From: Elsinoe ampelina
Taxonomy: Eukaryota
NCBI GenBank assembly: GCA_010093995.1
Contig: ML992501.1
Span: 1,394,566 to 1,458,565 of the forward strand
Direction: 5' to 3'
Length of the DNA stretch: 64,000 bases
Below are positions 37,420 to 50,247 of this stretch, in pieces (the first letter of the stretch is position 1; the number at the start of each line of letters is the position of its first letter). The notes beneath the pieces are model-generated. The model did no database searches, had not been told where the DNA came from, and was given only the letters and a program-made list of their open reading frames with translations. The translations under genes and the position numbers were made by a program.

Positions 37420-38914
37420 GAAAGCTCTATTCGAAAGGGACAAGACAGACGCTGAAGCATTCGTGTCACGAATTCAAGCCGAATTGAACCCCTTCCAGGA
37501 CGACAGCAAGACAGCGACTCGGCCGCCGACTTGGTACGACAATGAAGTCGAAACTATCGTGGAATTATGCACAGTAGCCCTTGCCGCAGGACTGGAAGCA
37601 TGTACCTCAAAGGAGCAGATGCTACAATTTGGATGGCGCGAGAACGATTCGACGGCACCAGCCAACACCGCCGAAGCACTTCACATGAGTCACGAAAGCC
37701 TCGGTATGTTCACCAACGCAAAGCTACACTACAACGGAGTGATAGTGGTCCCTTCAGCTGGCCATGCCCCTGTCTACGACTCAACTGAAGAGATTTTCGA
37801 TCACTTCGCCAGCGACGACATCGAGATTGACGTCCAAGTAGAAGAGACTCTATTCAGTTCGGAATGTAGAGCCACCAAAATGAGAACAAAACATTTGCGT
37901 CACCGCCTACTTTCTGGAGACAAATTCGCGATCAACTCATTGAACTTGGTCGCACCGAAACAAAACATTCGTCCCCCGGCCATGGACGAGGACGATTGCC
38001 TAATGTACTCCGCCTTGAACACAATCATGTTCGCTGACGGCGCTGGGCGAACCAACAACAAGCAATGTGCAGACCTAGAAAGGTGGACTCTGGTGGGTCA
38101 CGGAGCCCTAACTAGTCCGCACACTGACAGCCATGGTCTCTCTACGTTTCTCACGATCAATGTTAGCCAAGTCTTGTTCTTCTATCTTCCGCACCCGTCC
38201 GCCTCGCAAATCGAACATTGGATCCAACATCCCAACGATGAGCTCCTAGGAGCCGGCGACTGGCGTTACGTGCTTCTGAAGAGAGGTACGACAATTTATT
38301 TTCCCGCTGGTACGATCCATGCAGTGGCGCGACTCCGTGCTGGTCCGGCATCGGTCATTACAGGCGGATACGTGATGAGACGCTCGGAAATCTCCTCCTT
38401 TGCTCGGATCTGCCGCATGCAGAACACTTATGATTACGTCACGAACGAGGAATGTCTGGATATCAGAGAGTGGCTTTGGGCGGCCGCTGTAACCGTCACA
38501 GGCGGTCTGACCAGACCAGACTACCCCCAGCGTTTTGATGGCCTGACAGCCTTGGCCGAGTTCTGGGCGCACGCTGAAGTATGTCTTGAGATTGGTGAAG
38601 AATTTCGTCACAAAGAGACTATACTGACGAGAACACAGGCTGTGGATGACAGAATTACCGCAGAAAACGCGATGGCACACAGGGACAAGAATTGGGAACA
38701 GTTTCACCGTGCGTTACGCCAAAAGTCGACGACAACGACCAAACATCCGAGTTCTCGACGCAATCGCGTGAGGACAGCCAAGAAAAGGGTCACAGCACCA
38801 ACAGAGGAAGAAGAGCATGGACACGACGTACGACTACCACAATCGGCCTCTACCGCGGATGCAGACCGAACAGAGCGACTTGCCAAGAGAAACACACGAC
38901 GCCACGTCACTTGA
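37420..38914 (+). CDS. JmjC-like (Fe(II)/2-oxoglutarate cupin) protein; last exon, upstream exon(s) unresolved
   Basis: TSPHTDSHG (HxD at 38120-38128) and WRYVLLKRGTTIYFPAGTIHAV (distal His at 38318). A CTAAT...TTTTAG acceptor ends at 37419. The C-terminal tail is basic and NLS-like. Confidence 0.75.
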
Positions 38915-39803
38915 GAAGGGATTGAAGACGGTGGTCGTTCAGATGTGAGATGCTGGTTCCAGAGTACGAATCAATAGTCCCATGCGCATGGTACTTGAGC
39001 GTCCCCAGCTCATTTGCACTGCTCCCTCACTCTAACCCCGTGCTTCTTCCCGATGACCTCGCACTCATCAATTTTCCGACATGCCGCGACGCTGGAGTTG
39101 AGCACTAGTGGCGCAGGTGCAACCCACAAACAATCAAGTATGTTATCGCGAGACCAGAGTTGACTACTGGTCATTACAGTGCGCGAGGACACTCTTGATA
39201 TGCCTCCACGGCCCAATTCAAGGCCCTCTTCACTCCTCTCAGCAACCTCGCCACCTCCCTCTGCCCATGCTCCCAGAGTCACCGGGGGTTTCGAGAAGGT
39301 CGTGAGGCTTGTGCCAGAAGAGGGATGAAAGCGAGGACAGAGAGTAGATTTCTGAACACATTGCCATCGAGTGCATGCTGTATACAAGCGCTATCCCCAC
39401 AACACTGGTAGGTTCTTTTCCAAAGTCCAGCTTGTACTTCCTTCGTTCTGTGCCTCAAGATTCTCACCAATCCCCTCCCCCCTCGCCTGCGATGCCCTTC
39501 AACATAGACTGACCATTAACGGTCAAGCCGGTAGTCAGGTAGCAGACGTGTCGAGTCAATGGACATGTCAACCTTGGTCCATGGAATTTGGAAAGTTGGA
39601 ACAACATCGAATGGTACGAGTGTGAGGTGCTAGAAGATGCGCTTACAATGAACTTTACTTGAAAGGCTGTAGCAAATGCCGGCGAAATACATACTGTGGG
39701 GATTCCGACCTGAATAGCCATGCATGTTGAATTCTTCTCCCATACCCATAGCGTGACTCACTCCCCTTGCCGTTCTTGACTCCTTTACTTCACACCAAAT
39801 ACC

Positions 39804-42181
39804 TCAATCCTCGACATCGGGCATACCACGCTGCTTCATCCAAGCCAACATACGAACCCATGCGTTCGGCCTCTTGCTGGGTTGCCAGCAAGCCAAATGC
39901 TTGTTCCAGGCCAACGCACAAGATCCACACGAGCGATAATCATCTGGTAGATCCAAGCGAGGGTATGGGGTGGCGATAGCAGGCCCAGCATCGTCACAAG
40001 TACAATCATCGGCGTCGGGGAAGTGTTGGCGGACGACATCGGGATGACCACGGCGAGCCAGGACTTCGTCCAGTCCAGTCTTGATGTCCGCGTCGGAATT
40101 CAAGTCAAGCTTCAGATGATTCTCGACCCCCCTGAGTGCGGTATGACATCCAAGGCAGAGCTTTCTGACTTTGGGGAACTTTGGGTAACCTCTGTCGGCG
40201 TCGATATCATGACCAGGCGACGAGCAGATACAATGGCCATCGTTGAGGTGATTGACGTAAAAGCCCACCCTGGATTTCTTCCAGTTGCTGAAGTTCAGGG
40301 AGACACCATGCCTCTGACGAGGATGCTTCCAGGTGCCAGCACAGGTGCCGCAAGTCCATATGTCCTCTGGCGTACCGGCTAGCTTCTCCGCATACTGTGA
40401 ACCATCTGGTGCGTCTGATGGGGGGGCACCAGCGTACATGGTGCGACCACAGATACACGTCATGGCTCCCGTACCATGGAGCCTGGCGCGAGTGGCTTCG
40501 GTGGCGAGTTGATTGGCTCGTCTGTCGAACCAGCGGACAAAGAGCTCCAGCGTGGGCTTGCTCAGGACTGTGGGCCTTTTGCAGCCTTTGTGACATTTGG
40601 TCCGTCTGCCATTGCACTCATGTCGGCCTCGCTCGTAACTGAATGAGCCATAACACCACTTGCAAAGCCAGATGTGCTTGCCATCCGGGGTGTAAGTGAA
40701 AGAAGATGCTTTCCACAAGGTGGCGATGTTTGGATCATCTGGGCAACCGTGACCACGGAAGTGACATAGTTGGGGGTCAACGGGTAGTCCTTGACTGAAT
40801 GGGTGGGCGAGATTGAGTGGCTTGAACCGGAGGGGGCTAGGATCGTCCGAGATCACCTCCTGGGCCCCCTTGACGCTGACATCTGTGCGCCAACCGTTGC
40901 GATAGGTGGAGCTCACGTCGAAAGTGCGAGTCAAGTCCATCATCATCCCTTCCCACCAGACGATGTCGCCGCTGGTGAAGGATGAACCCGGAGGAAATGA
41001 AGCGAGGGCGCGGAGAATCATGACTACGCCTGATTTTAGCGCAGCGCTGAGGTGGACACTCTTCTTGGCGTCGCCCCAGACGAAACCCCTTTCAACCCAA
41101 GCTTTCTTCATGAGGTGGTACTGGTACAGGCGACCCCAAAGACCATTCGGGCCTCTTGCACTGCTAGTGTAAGCCTTTCCAGAGCTGAGAGCGTCGATGT
41201 AGATACCTCGGAGTTTCAAATTCCCATCGGTCAGTGTTGGGAGGCTCAAGAGGTCGGCAAGGCCGATAACCTGTTTCCCAAGCATGGCGCGGACAGCCGG
41301 CGAGACACATGCGTGGAAGTCGGCCATGACCTTTTCGATTGTGGTGTGGAGGAAATAACTGCATGCCGACCACGACATGGGCATTTCCTCGTCCGGGTGC
41401 ATGTGTACCATGTCAAGTGCCTGTCGTCTGCGGATCATGAAGCGTCCACGCAACCGCTTGTCTGCCAGTAGTAGGGCACTCGGATCGTGGCTTCCTGGCA
41501 AGTCGACATGGTTGGAAGGTCCAAGGTCAAGGTAATGCAATGCCTGAGTCCCCAGGGCTTTGATCTCCTCAAGACGCCTCCGAACTCGAGCCTTCTTCAT
41601 GTCGGCGTAAGAGACGGGATCCTCATCGAGAGACTCGGTAAGCTCGACACGATGGCGCTTTGTCGGCACTGGGATGACGTGATTGTTGGTGCCTTCATCG
41701 GGCTTGATGTCATCTTCGTACACTTCTTGGATGTCGTCGTCCCACTGAATGGCGAAGGCTTCGCTCGCCAATACTTCTTGGTGCAACCTTTAATTGATGA
41801 GAGTATGGTTGTAATCGCCCAGGTCTGCGTTGGGTCCGGTGCTGCTCGCTTCAACCTTTGCATCGTTAGCGATTGCGTCGAATCGGGTCTTCTTGTCCCG
41901 TGGACTTACCGCGACGTCTTTCCAGTCGTCAATCTCATCGCCATCCATCTCGCTACCCTCGGTCATCATACCTTCCCCGTAGTCCTGGTCGTTTCCCCGG
42001 TCAGTCGTCGTGGCAGTAATTCGAGGCATATGTCTCCTGAATGCAGCCTGGAGGGAAGTATTAGAACAGACTTCTGCAGGCAGTTGATCGACTGGGGACT
42101 CACATCGAGATTGTCGTGGATAACCATTCCGTCGCCATCACTGTCAGCGCTGATCCCAGGTCTCTCTGATGATGATGTCAA
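39804..42181 (-). pseudogene. GIY-YIG-like nuclease with four Cys-rich zinc-finger-like units; one in-frame stop; 5' end unresolved
   Basis: RGIYIDA...AYTSSA...GLWGRLYQY...WWEG at ~41207-40945, and four CxC/Cx6C...Cx2C units at ~40770-39880. ORFs 39804-41786 and 41790-42029 are in one frame separated by TAA. A GTGAGT...CTAAT...CAG intron (~42103-42048) adds an in-frame upstream exon. Confidence 0.65.
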
Positions 42182-42472
42182 CTACATGAACACTCAGTCT
42201 GATGAATTGGGAGATAAGCGAATCTGAAGAACTCCTTGCTAGTCAGAGATTTGGACGAGGATCTTCCAGTTCGATCATGGATTAGTGAAACGGAGGATGA
42301 GTGGTGGATCCAGCCTCGGGATGAATTGATGCAGGGTCTTTCTTGGCACTGTCACTCCCCTCCGAGAGTGCGAGTTTTCCGGTCTTGGCGGCTTCATAGA
42401 GTTGCATCACCAACTATCTTATCACTTTAAGGCTTGATTATTCTATCAATTTTGAACTTGAAGGTGTTATTC

Positions 42473-43888
42473 TTATTTAGAGTAATTGTTATAACCTTAT
42501 ATATCTCTATACTTCTTTCTTAGCTTCTTAAAAGCTACTAAACTATAGTACTTCCTTACCTTTTAGTTAAACTCCTTTACTTCCTAGACAGCCTTAAGTC
42601 TTGTATTAGCCTCTAACCTTGTAGTCTTCTTCTAATTACAAACTGCAAATATAAAGGCTTTAAGAGGCTTCTTTTATTTATAGTAGAGTATTTTATAAGG
42701 ATTTAAATCTAGTAAAAAGGCTAAATAACTACTAAATTTAATACTAAGCCCCTTAATATAGTAGGCTATAATCTTTCGAGCCTTATAATAAACAGTGCTA
42801 TTGTCTTTAATTACTACTACGTAGCGGCTAGAGTTAGAGCCTTTAAGCTACTCTATATAAGGAAAGAGTAGCTTATTATAGACTTTAAAGGTATACTAGA
42901 GGCTATTAAGTTTACATGCTTTAGCCTTAAAGTTGTTATATTTAAATAGCTATTCTAGCTTCTTCTTATAAGTCTTATACTTAAAACTAGCTTTAGTGTT
43001 ACTCTTATTAACTTTATAGATATAGCGTTAAAGAGCCTCTAGCTACTAGTACTCCTCTAAGTCCTTATTATAGATAGCTTACTAGCGCTTCTTATCTATA
43101 AGCTAGCAGTTTATAGCATTAATAATAGCTAGTTTACTCTTTAGATTATACTACTTAATATTATTAAAATTCTACATAATATAAGGCTATAGTATAAAGC
43201 AATTTTAAGCACTTATAGTAGCCTATTACTTATATATAAAGTTTAGTAAGATCTCTATTCTAATTAGAGTTACTCCTTAAGGTATAGAGACTCGTTTATT
43301 AGCTATACTACTAAAGGTCTACTTCTTTTTATTATAGATAATAAGAATAGCTTATTCTTTAATATATCTATAAAGCTTACTACTATCCTTAGTATATTTA
43401 AGTTAATACTCTAGAGAATACTAACTAGGCTTCCTAATCTTATAATTGTAACTAATAGGCTTATTACTCTCTAGGTCGCTAGCGTAATAATCTAGATAGT
43501 CTTTAATATTAAAGACCTACTTCTTATAAAGCTTTAGAATATTTATATTAAGTTCTCGGAGTACTTTATACTTATTTGTCTAGTTAGTAGAGACGACTAG
43601 ATCCTAGCTACTATTTAGCTAGATAGTATTTTAAACTATAAAAGACTTAGCCGAGCCTAGCGCAATAAGCGGTTTTAGGCCTTATAGGCCTTTATTCTTT
43701 GCATGCTCTATTAATTTATATAATTTACTACTCTTAGTAGCCTTTAAAACCTTAGAGAATAGACTTTAGAGAGTATTCTTATAGATTCTAAGGAGCTCCT
43801 CTACCTCTAAGATAGAGAGGCTAAGATTAAAGTAATAAGCAATTACAGTTTAATAGAGCTATAAAGGGAGGTCTTTACTACGTCCTAT
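42473..43888 (-). mobile_element. Tc1/mariner (IS630-like) transposase relic, RIP-degenerated; TIRs not resolved
   Basis: N-terminal HTH-like IGRSKDLPL*...LSILEVEELLRIYKNTL. DDE relic VIKDNSTVY (=EDN..xH) and LAFLLDLNPYK (=P.xSPDLNPxE). AT-rich block spans ~42430-44160. Confidence 0.82.
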
Positions 43889-44467
43889 AATTGTTTAAGC
43901 TTTAATAACATATTATTAATAGAGTAATAACTATATAGAGTTACGTGTAATAGAGTAGATAAGGAGGTAAATAATACTAAGACCGAAGAAACTTACACTC
44001 TTAGAGGCCTAAGATTTTTAGGTTGTTATTGACACCTCGAAATATAGTGTAATAACTACTAGAACCTAGTATCTAAGTATAGATAGTAGACTTTTAGATT
44101 TGCTATTTACATCTAGTAGTATTTGCATTAATATTCTTACTAGATGCTAACAATTCTAGGTGATTACGACTGGCAAGACAAGGGGGTTAATTGCGTCTAT
44201 TCGTCAAGATATCGAGACTTAGAAAAAGAAGAAGAAAACTAGTGTACAAAGCACGCGTGATATCGAGGGCGGAGCGGCCGGAAGCCCGGGCCGCGATGCC
44301 GAGATCACGTGACCAATCCGAACTGTATCTCAACCGAATCCAGTTCATATCCATCTCGCATCACTAGGATCCTTACCTTTCTAAGGTGTAACTAACACTC
44401 TAAAAATCCCAGTATATACTAGTGTAACATGAGTCAGCTTAATTTTGACAGAGGCTTCCTATGAGAA

Positions 44468-45493
44468 ATGAGTTCCTTCATACTCCCCACTGCTAGGGGT
44501 GCAAAGATGGCATATCAACCGTTTCCTGAGGAGCTTCCTGCGGAGTTCATGCACATAACCATTCTCGGCAATACACTGGATATCTACTATGACTCGCAGA
44601 AGCAGACCTACGTCCCCGAGGTTTACGCCGAGGGTCAACACCCCCAGAATCTCTCTTTGTATACTTCGCTTGAAGAAGATGTCTCGCCTGAAGGTCCAGC
44701 TTTCGAAGTTCCACCACGGGTTTCATCTGGCTTCTCTCCGCTCTCACACCACGCCATTCCTCCTGCGTCAAGGGACAGCGCATTTCCGGAACCCGTCCAA
44801 CTGGCCCTAGATGCTCGTAGCTCTCGGTATATCCTTATCAAGTCATACACGGAATTGAGTGATGAGCAGTACGAAGCAATCGAGTCGCTGGGTGTATCTG
44901 ATCTTCAACAACGCGACGACACTCTCTACCTCGGAGTCTACGATCTAGACGATCTCGACATTCTACGACGCCTTAGCTACCTCGCATATGTAGACGTATA
45001 CCAACGATTCTTCAAAATCAGCACACTTCTGAAATGGGGTATACGTAAACAGCTCGCTCGTATGCATGACGATCCTATCGCATCTGGACCCGCGACCGCT
45101 ACCGAACCCCACGTCGATGTTACGATCGGACTCTTCCGTGATCCTATACCTAATGCGGGACAAATCTACGATGAGCTTGTTGCGGCAGGGATAATCCCGC
45201 CATCGGACGAGCGACCGACCGAAGACCACATCCATACGTCTGTAGCGCCGAAAGACCTGTCACGTCTCACTTGGTATGATAGCGTTGAGTGCATAAGCGA
45301 TAATTCTGATGTGCAGTTTGACAACAACCAAGTCAGGAATATCTTGAGCATCTCACGCGCTTCAATCGCTCCACCTCTCGTCCACCCGGGGCTGGATGGA
45401 AAGGGTCAAGTCATCCACGTCTCCGATAGTGGGCTCCTCAGCCCGCTGCGGATCTACGATCAGATGGATTCAGCGGAGGTTTGCGTGAAGTAA
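44468..45493 (+). pseudogene. Truncated S8 subtilase (KP-43-like): prodomain plus first catalytic-Asp strand only
   Basis: Prodomain-like YILIK...LYLGVY...YVDVY...KIS, then NNQVRNIL and GLDGKGQVIHVSDSGL. The ORF stops ~18 codons later, with no HG(T/S) or GTS motif before the next gene. Confidence 0.7.
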
Positions 45494-45716
45494 TAGCCTA
45501 AACGTTAGATGTCACAGCACCAACATTTCCGTCCTCATACAGACACTCTAACCATGGCTTCTAATCGGCCTTCGCCGAACGCCGGACCTGATGAATCAGT
45601 AGCAGGACAAAGTACAACACAAAGCACGTCGCTCGAAGGATCCACGATCGACCGCCGAAAACAATATCATTTTCTTCGTTGCGTAACCAATCTCACATCA
45701 CACCCCCTCCACTCCC

Positions 45717-47634
45717 TCACAAAGCACACTGCGTCCCATTCTGCGTACAAAACGGCATCTGTCCCCATCAGCACCCCTCCCAACAATCTCAAAACAAATA
45801 CTCACATGCACCGGCTCCGCCATCACCCCCCTCGCGACCAACCGTTCCCTCATCTCCGCCAACCTCGGACTCGCCTCGATCTGGCTCCTATTCCTCCCCT
45901 GCTCATCCCTGGCCCCGGACCAAAGCACCTCGGCCGCCGCCGCAGCTCGCGGCCACACTTTTCGATCGACGTCGATTTCGTCCGTCTGCTCGCCCCACAT
46001 GTGGACTTCGCCGCCGATGACGAGCGAGGTGAGGTTGGCGGGGATGTTGGAGAGGGGGTCAAAGGCGTAGATCTGGCGCCAGTTTTTGCGGGGGGAGCAG
46101 TAGTCGGCGAAAGGGTAGTAGCCTGCTGCCGATTCTGGGCGGAAGTCGAGCCATTGGCCGTGGCCGCAGTCGAGGTACTGGGGATGTTAGCTGGGGCAAG
46201 TGATGCGAAGGGGAGGGAGTGAGAGGAGGGGCGGGGGGAGGGGAAAGGGAAGCGGAGGGGACGTACCCAATTGTTGTAGTCTCCTGCGATGGCGCGCTTG
46301 CCGCTTTGCACGGCTGCGAGGATGCTGTCGCTGCCTTTCCAGGCTTGGACGAGGACGTCGTTGCCGATAGTCAGGTTCCACTCGAGTAGCATTTCCTCCC
46401 ATACGACGGGAGTCAAGCCTCGGGCACGAATACGGTCGTGCTGGGCGTCCATGAAGCGCTGCATGAAAGGACGGATCACGACTCTATCTGTGCTGTTGAC
46501 TGCTTCTTCGAGGGCGTACTGGCTCGGCAGAACCTCGTCGCCGCCGAAGTGCCAGTAACCGCTGAATTCGTTGACCCTGGGAAGGACATCGGCGAAGAGG
46601 TCATCGAGGAATTGGTCAACTTGTGTACTGGCGAGCTTGAGGGATCCGGACGGCGGCTGCAGGGCGTAAGTGTCCCAGTTGGGTTGCACGTTCCAGGCGA
46701 CGGTCAGTCCGGGATATGCAAGTTCCACGATACCGGTGTGACCTGGCATGTCGATCTCGAGATAGACCTGGACGCCGCGGTCGGCGCCATACTGCTGAAT
46801 CTCACGGAGAATGGATGGCGTGTAGATGAAGTCTGAATTGTAGGCACCTGTTTCAGTAAGTCGTGGTAGAGCTGGTACCTCGAGTGGCCAAGACTGGGAA
46901 TCCGTGATGTGCAGGTGGAGTCTGTTCATCTTGTTGTAGGCTAGAGCATTGATCTGGCGGATGATGGCTGCGGGTGAGTAGTATGAACGGGCAACGTCAA
47001 GGTTCATGCCGCGGTGAGGGAATTTGGGACTGTCTGAAATGGAAACAGGGGCAAGCGGGGTGTAGGGTCGAGAGTCGCGGGTGAGGTAGAACAGCTGGGT
47101 AAAAGTGTTGAGGCCGTATGAGATACCGATTGAGGTGGCTGCGGTAATGGTCACCTCGCCTGCCTCGCTCACCATCAAGGTGTACGATTCGTCGACGTCG
47201 CCGAGCTTGGCGTTGGTGATAGAGTCGGGCTCGGTGGTATTCTGAACCAGGTTGATGCTGCGAATGGTCGCGGTCGAGCTGTTTGATGCCGGATCGAAAT
47301 CGGTATTCCTCTGACGAAGCCGCCATGGGTAGAAGCCATGTTCGAAGATAGTGTCGGTGGTGTCATCGATGGCAGTTGACACTATGTCTGGTCTGTCTGT
47401 CTGTCTGCCATAGCCACCGCCGGTCTGCAGTGATTGGAGTCTTAGTAATTGCACAAGTCTTGATCTACTTTTAGAGTGTCTCTGTACCTGATTGCCCACA
47501 GCTTGGTAATTGAATTGAACATTGTCATCAATGAAAAGTACCGAAGTGCCCAAGCTTTGACTTGTAGGTAGAGGCCAAATGGCAGCAACGTACGCCACTA
47601 GGGTGGACAGAACGATGCCGCGTGACCAAGCCAT
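45717..47634 (-). CDS. GH20 beta-N-acetylhexosaminidase, 4 exons
   Basis: Signal peptide, IWPLP, FPHRGMNLDVAR, HITDSQSWP, EIDMPGH, HFGGDE, YLDCG and WPRAAAAAEVLWSG. Introns at 47487-47425, 46266-46178 and 45805-45759. Confidence 0.96.
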
Positions 47635-48642
47635 ATCGCTCGTGTGGTTGTGAAGAGAATCTATGGCAGATCTGCTGTTTCAGACAGGAGGGTAAAAGAA
47701 ACACGACAACAGTCAGCAAAGTTTGGCTGGGGTTACCAAGCTATGTTATAGCGATCACCAAAATGCTGCCCTACTGCGGCGAAGCAGGACAGAGGTACAC
47801 GCCAAATGTAGACAAGACTTTGTGCGCACGGGCGAACCGAATCAAGGACGGCGGCGGACAGACGACGGAGCTCTCGACAGACAGACTGGTCTCGCTGGAC
47901 CAGTTACAAGAGTCAAGCAAGGTTGGCGGTTGCTATGATTCGTCCCGACCTGTCAGTTCCACAGGCGCCCTGTAATGTTGCTGTTTCGAAGATATCACAG
48001 CTGAGCGGCGAGGAAACCAGGGAAGCTCGAATTATCGCACAAGCAGGGTCCCAGGTGGAGTTGGGAAAAGAAACGGCGCGGACAGGGAAGCTAGCGGCAA
48101 GTCCATGCGCCGGCGCAATGACGGCGTAGAGCTGCAAGGTTCATGCACCCAGCAAGCCGTGAGTGGAGGGGAGAGGACGCGTGCGTGAGACAAGCAAAAG
48201 ACAAGATTCTGAAAGTGCACGAGATGAGGTCGTTGATGCCGGGTGAATTGCGTAAAAATCTGGTCGAGGTAGGGCAAGAGTAGGCCACGAAAGGGAGGGT
48301 TTCGCAAATCAAGCTAAACCATCTTGAGTAAATGTGACGCTGCTCCTCCTGCAGTATGTAGATTGCAATCCAGCGCCTGTCAATACGACTGCGGCGTGGT
48401 CGACGTTACGTGGTTCAAAGATAGGTCGTCAGCAAACGCCTCAGAGTATCATCGCGCAAGTGTCTTGACTATTGTACTTGTCACAGGTAGTTCTTGTCTA
48501 CAATGCAGTCTTCACAGCTCGATCGCTGGAACGATACGATGGGAGCCCTAGTAATTGCTTCACCGGAGCACATCCGAGGGTCCGGAATACCGCCGAAGTG
48601 AGAACGATTGCGTTGCACAAACATTGATCCATTTTCCCCCCA

Positions 48643-50047
48643 TCAAAGCGGCATCCGCTTGTGTTTCCATTGCTTCCCGCCACTTCCGTAGCTGGCCGCA
48701 CATTGGCCAGAGCCTTGTATCCTGTACTCATAGATGGTCAATCCCTCCAATCCGACAGGTCCCCTCGCATGAATCTTATTTGTACTGATACCCACTTCTG
48801 TGCCGAAGCCGAACCTCATGCCGTCGCTCATCCGCGTACTGCAATTCCAAAACTTGCACGCAGAATCAATGGCATTCAGGAAATAGTCAGCAGTCTCTTT
48901 GGACGATGTGAGAACAGCATCTGTGTGATGCGACCCATGTGTGTTGACATGGTCAATTGCCACATCGACCGCCCCTTCTGCAGGGATGGTCTTGATAGCA
49001 AGCGTCAGATCCAGGAACTCGGTGTCGAAATCCTTGTCACCCGCATCCTGCAGTAGCGCGGCTTGATGCTTGTCAAGCGTTTCCGACAGAGCCTGTTTCG
49101 ACGACTTGTCACACCGAAGCGAGACTCCTTTCTGGAGCAGTGCAGCGGCAACGCCCGGAAGGACTGTCGAAAGAGCTGCTTCGTGCACGAGTAGTGCCTC
49201 AAGCGAGTTGCACGCAGCCGGGTAATCCGTCTTGGAATCAACGACCACGTCGACAGCCATGGCCGGGTCGGCGTCTGAGTGGATGTACATGTTACACAGT
49301 CCGTCCGCGTGTCCAAGTACCGGCATATGTGCTTCCTTCTGACAATGCCGGACCAGGTCATTGGATCCTCGAGGGATCACTAGATCGATGTACTCGCTCA
49401 ATCGTAGTAATGGGTCCACCGCATCACGGGTGGTGACGAGCTGTATCGAGTCGTTTGGCACTTCTGTATCTGCCAACGCCTTGGAAATGACTGTTGAGAT
49501 GGCTTTGAAGGATTCTGTAGACTCCTTACCGCCTTTTAGAATTGCGGCATTTCCAGATTTGATGGCAAGGGAAGCGATATTGGCAATGACTTCTGGACGA
49601 GCCTCAAAGATGATGAGGAGGACTCCAATCGGACAGCTCTGACGATGCAGTATGAGTCCCTCGTCAAGTTCTGTTCGCAAATCGATTTTGCCCACTGTTA
49701 TAGTGTCAGCTGGTGATAATACGCAGAATGCCCTTTGTGAATGTACATGGATCCTCCAACCCTTTGACATCAAGAATGCCTTGCAGCATGTCATCATATT
49801 TGCCTTTGCGGGACAAGTCCAGCCTTTTGAGTATGCTTTGACTGAGTTTCCCATCCGCAGCCAGTTGTGATGCAGCCTCGAGATCTCGAGCATTTGCCGC
49901 GAGGACTTCGTCTTGAGCATCCGACAAAGCCTTGTGCACGACTTGTAATGCTTGGTTCCTGGCGCTGACTGGGAGGATAGCAAGTTTTCGAGATGATATG
50001 CGGGCTGCTCTCGCCGCCTCTTCGGGAGAGGCATTTGTTAGCGACAT
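48643..50047 (-). CDS. PRO2: Gamma-glutamyl phosphate reductase, 2 exons
   Basis: Motifs PIGVLLIIFEARP, LKGGKE, IPRGS, YPAACN and EVGISTNKIHARGPVGL; intron 49746-49695. Confidence 0.97.
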
Positions 50048-50247
50048 GTCTCTGGGGAAGAAAATAATATGATGTTTCTATTGGTAGTTTAGTCTGCGTA
50101 TTACCATGATATTCGACAATATTGTGGATGAGTCAAAAAAACCTCTCCTTGTTCCAGAAGCCACAGTCTTGGCACACACAGCGCTTAGGACGGTGGCAAT
50201 TTTGCGCTGATGAATGTACATTTGGGTATCTATTATGCAGAGAGCGA

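Noticed and set aside
42396..44160. Candidate TIRs for the Tc1 relic
   Set aside because: Only weak 7-8 bp matches; boundaries cannot be supported.
36700..45493. Calling the island a Starship element
   Set aside because: No DUF3435 tyrosine recombinase and no terminal direct repeats identified in the window.
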